From contig JAOPTX010000004.1 in the NCBI GenBank assembly GCA_051532055.1, positions 69,205 through 94,927 on the forward strand: a stretch of DNA of 25,723 bases. The letters run 5' to 3'. The notes below the pieces were generated by a model. It did no database searches, had not been told where the DNA came from, and worked only from the letters and a program-made list of their open reading frames with translations. A program made the translations under genes and the position numbers. Shown one piece after another: positions 23,642-25,723 of the stretch. The stretch's first letter is position 1; every line of letters begins with the position of its first letter. Source of the DNA: Fibrobacterales bacterium (lineage in GTDB: Bacteria > Fibrobacterota > Fibrobacteria > Fibrobacterales > JAOPTW01).

Positions 23642-25672
23642 ATGTTTAAAATTACTCTTTTTCTTTTGGAACTAATACTACTTGTTTCATGCACTGATCA
23701 ATTTGGAAATCACGACCTCGATTTGGACAAAGATCCTGAAGTGATCATTTATGAAAATAGTATAGAGAAATGTCAAGACAACAGAGACAATGATGGGGAT
23801 GGCTTAATTGACTGTAATGACCCCAGTTGTTTAGTTGTTGAAGGCGCATGCCGATTTGAGAATTCATTAGTTATGTGTCAGGATTCTATAGATAACGATG
23901 AAGATGGGTACTTTGATTGTAACGATAAAGATTGTTATGACAATGGGTTTTGTGGTGAAGTTACTTTGGAGCTCTGTACTGACATGAGTGATAACGACGG
24001 AGATTCCTTGGTTGATTGTGACGACCCTCAATGTTTTGGGGTCAATCCTGATTGTGGTGAGTATGAGGCAACGCCAGCTCTTTGTGTGGACGGTGTTGAT
24101 AATGACCGTGATGGAGCGATAGATTGCGCAGATAGTCAATGTCAAGTGCTTAAAGTGTGTAATGCCCAAGAGAACACTATAGACCTTTGTATTGATGGCG
24201 TTGATAATGACACCGATGGTCTTATTGATTGTGATGACTCAGATTGTGAGCCATTAAATGTTTGTAGCAATATTGAGAATAATACCCTTATGTGTTCTGA
24301 TGAAATTGATAACGATGGCGATAAGCTGATCGATTGTCTGGATAATAGTTGTGGTGAGCTCGAAATATGTAGCATGTACGAGAATACCTCTGCAAAATGT
24401 GCTGATGGAATCGATAATGATGGCGACGGGGATACTGATTGTGATGATATTACTGATTGCTCTGGGTTTCCAGTTTGTAAGCCCCTCATGGAAAATACCT
24501 ATCAATTGTGTGTTGATGGAATTGATAACGATGGAAACAATAAAATTGATTGTGCGGATGAAGAATGTTCAAAGCTTGAAGTATGTAATCCGTCTGAGAA
24601 TACAACTGAGTTGTGTATCGATACAAAGGATAATGATGGGGATGATCTCGCAGATTGTGATGATCTAGACTGTCAATCATTATTGGTGTGTAATGAAATT
24701 GAGAATAACGATGTACTTTGTAGTGATGGTATTGATAATGATGGCGATAAGCTTATTGATTGTGATGATAATAGTTGTGGCGAATTAACCCTCTGTGCAG
24801 CCTTTGAAAACACCGCTTCGAAATGTTCAGATGGCATTGATAATGATGTAAATGGTTTTGTCGATTGTCTGGATACTCTCAACTGTAGCGGATTTGATGT
24901 CTGTAAATTAAAGGCGGAGAATACATTTGATAAATGTGATGATGGTGTTGATAATGATGGTGACGGTTTGATTGACTGCGCTGATGATGAATGTGCCAAT
25001 ATTGATGTCTGTATGCTCAAGGAAAGTACAGTCGAACAATGTTCCGATGGAATAGATAATGATAAGGATACCGATACTGATTGTGAAGATAAGGGGTGTG
25101 AGGGATTTGCGGTCTGTATGCAGTATTTTGTTGTAAACGATAGCATGCTTATTTTATATAAAGATACCTATAACTCCGATAGTGTTGCCTTTGCTACCGA
25201 TGCCCCCCATAGTGGTGCATGGGCGAAAACGGGCTCAAATGTAACGGGGTCAACTTTAGATGGTGGCTTTGCTATGAGTGTTTCAATGGGCGCTGGATAC
25301 GGTGAAGGGTTTGATATACCTTCAGGAAATAGTCGGGATTTTACGTATTGGATAGATGGGGTGATATCATTTGATGTGAAATCAACTTCTGCGAGTTTAG
25401 AGTATTGGGCATACTATGTTGCCCCGAGTGGTACTGCTCGGGCGTGGAACTCTGATATTAGTGTGTATGGCTACAAAAAATCCGGCGAGTGGGAAACGAT
25501 ACAGATACCTATGGGTGATATCTTTGCAGAAGGTCACGCTGAAGAAATAATGACGCTCTTTATACTTGCAGGTTCAGGGTATCAACTTGATAACGTCTAT
25601 CTTGGGCATAAAAAAGATAGATGGTGTATCGATCTTACCGGTGATGAAAAGTTGTGTGAATTGGTTGAATAG
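23642..25672 (+). CDS. Lipoprotein with 13 Cys/Asp-rich putative Ca-binding repeats and C-terminal CBM-like beta-sandwich
   Basis: MFKITLFLLELILLVS-C lipobox, SD-like GGGGG upstream (track start TTG 23630). Repeats E-N-T-x3-C-x-D-G-I-D-N-D-G-D-x2-I-D-C-x-D-x2-C-x5-C. C-terminal DFT...G.ISFDVK and GEWETIQIPM motifs. Confidence 0.85.
   Translation: MFKITLFLLELILLVSCTDQFGNHDLDLDKDPEVIIYENSIEKCQDNRDNDGDGLIDCNDPSCLVVEGACRFENSLVMCQDSIDNDEDGYFDCNDKDCYDNGFCGEVTLELCTDMSDNDGDSLVDCDDPQCFGVNPDCGEYEATPALCVDGVDNDRDGAIDCADSQCQVLKVCNAQENTIDLCIDGVDNDTDGLIDCDDSDCEPLNVCSNIENNTLMCSDEIDNDGDKLIDCLDNSCGELEICSMYENTSAKCADGIDNDGDGDTDCDDITDCSGFPVCKPLMENTYQLCVDGIDNDGNNKIDCADEECSKLEVCNPSENTTELCIDTKDNDGDDLADCDDLDCQSLLVCNEIENNDVLCSDGIDNDGDKLIDCDDNSCGELTLCAAFENTASKCSDGIDNDVNGFVDCLDTLNCSGFDVCKLKAENTFDKCDDGVDNDGDGLIDCADDECANIDVCMLKESTVEQCSDGIDNDKDTDTDCEDKGCEGFAVCMQYFVVNDSMLILYKDTYNSDSVAFATDAPHSGAWAKTGSNVTGSTLDGGFAMSVSMGAGYGEGFDIPSGNSRDFTYWIDGVISFDVKSTSASLEYWAYYVAPSGTARAWNSDISVYGYKKSGEWETIQIPMGDIFAEGHAEEIMTLFILAGSGYQLDNVYLGHKKDRWCIDLTGDEKLCELVE
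23753..25117 (+). repeat. Thirteen 33-37-aa coding repeats, four Cys each
   Basis: Counted directly in the translation, from ENSIEKC to EGFAVC. Confidence 0.92.
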
Positions 25673-25723
25673 GGGTAGAAAATCCCCCAAATCAAAATAA
25701 ATATACGCATAAAGAAAGGCTCA

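Noticed and set aside
23753..25117. Repeat array as CRISPR or DGR template/variable repeats
   Set aside because: Conservation is at protein level with third-position divergence. There is no reverse transcriptase and no adenine-specific pattern.
24142..25146. Minus-strand Ser-rich ORFs (115 aa, 157 aa)
   Set aside because: Antisense shadows of the Asp-rich repeats. The same applies to the short ORFs nested in typA, the activator and other long genes.

Overview
AT-rich bacterial chromosomal window. It is most likely from a Fibrobacterota organism, inferred from a FISUMP/Fib_succ_major domain, Ser-rich-linker lipoproteins and a Fibrobacter-like GH16. It holds about 19 protein genes and no recognisable rRNA, tRNA, CRISPR array or mobile element. 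Housekeeping genes are map, a DEAD-box helicase, a GT9, ruvX, typA and a radical SAM protein. These are interleaved with envelope and glycan genes: a FISUMP lipoprotein, a GH16 lipoprotein, a TonB-dependent receptor, several outer-membrane proteins, an NrtR/AraR-type regulator, and a lipoprotein with 13 Cys/Asp-rich repeats. The most notable element is an apparently self-contained signalling module at about 11.4-17.8 kb. A coupled operon encodes a TPR lipoprotein, a membrane Ser/Thr kinase and an FHA-like/GAF/sigma54 AAA+ activator. It is followed by tandem GGRA-N7-TYCC dyads and a near-consensus sigma54 -24/-12 promoter. That promoter faces an exported protein with 21-aa MTDEQ (LTxxQ-like) repeats, followed by a predicted outer-membrane barrel gene. 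A third GGAA-N7-TTCC dyad lies upstream of the operon. All family assignments come from motif recognition by eye; no database searches were run.
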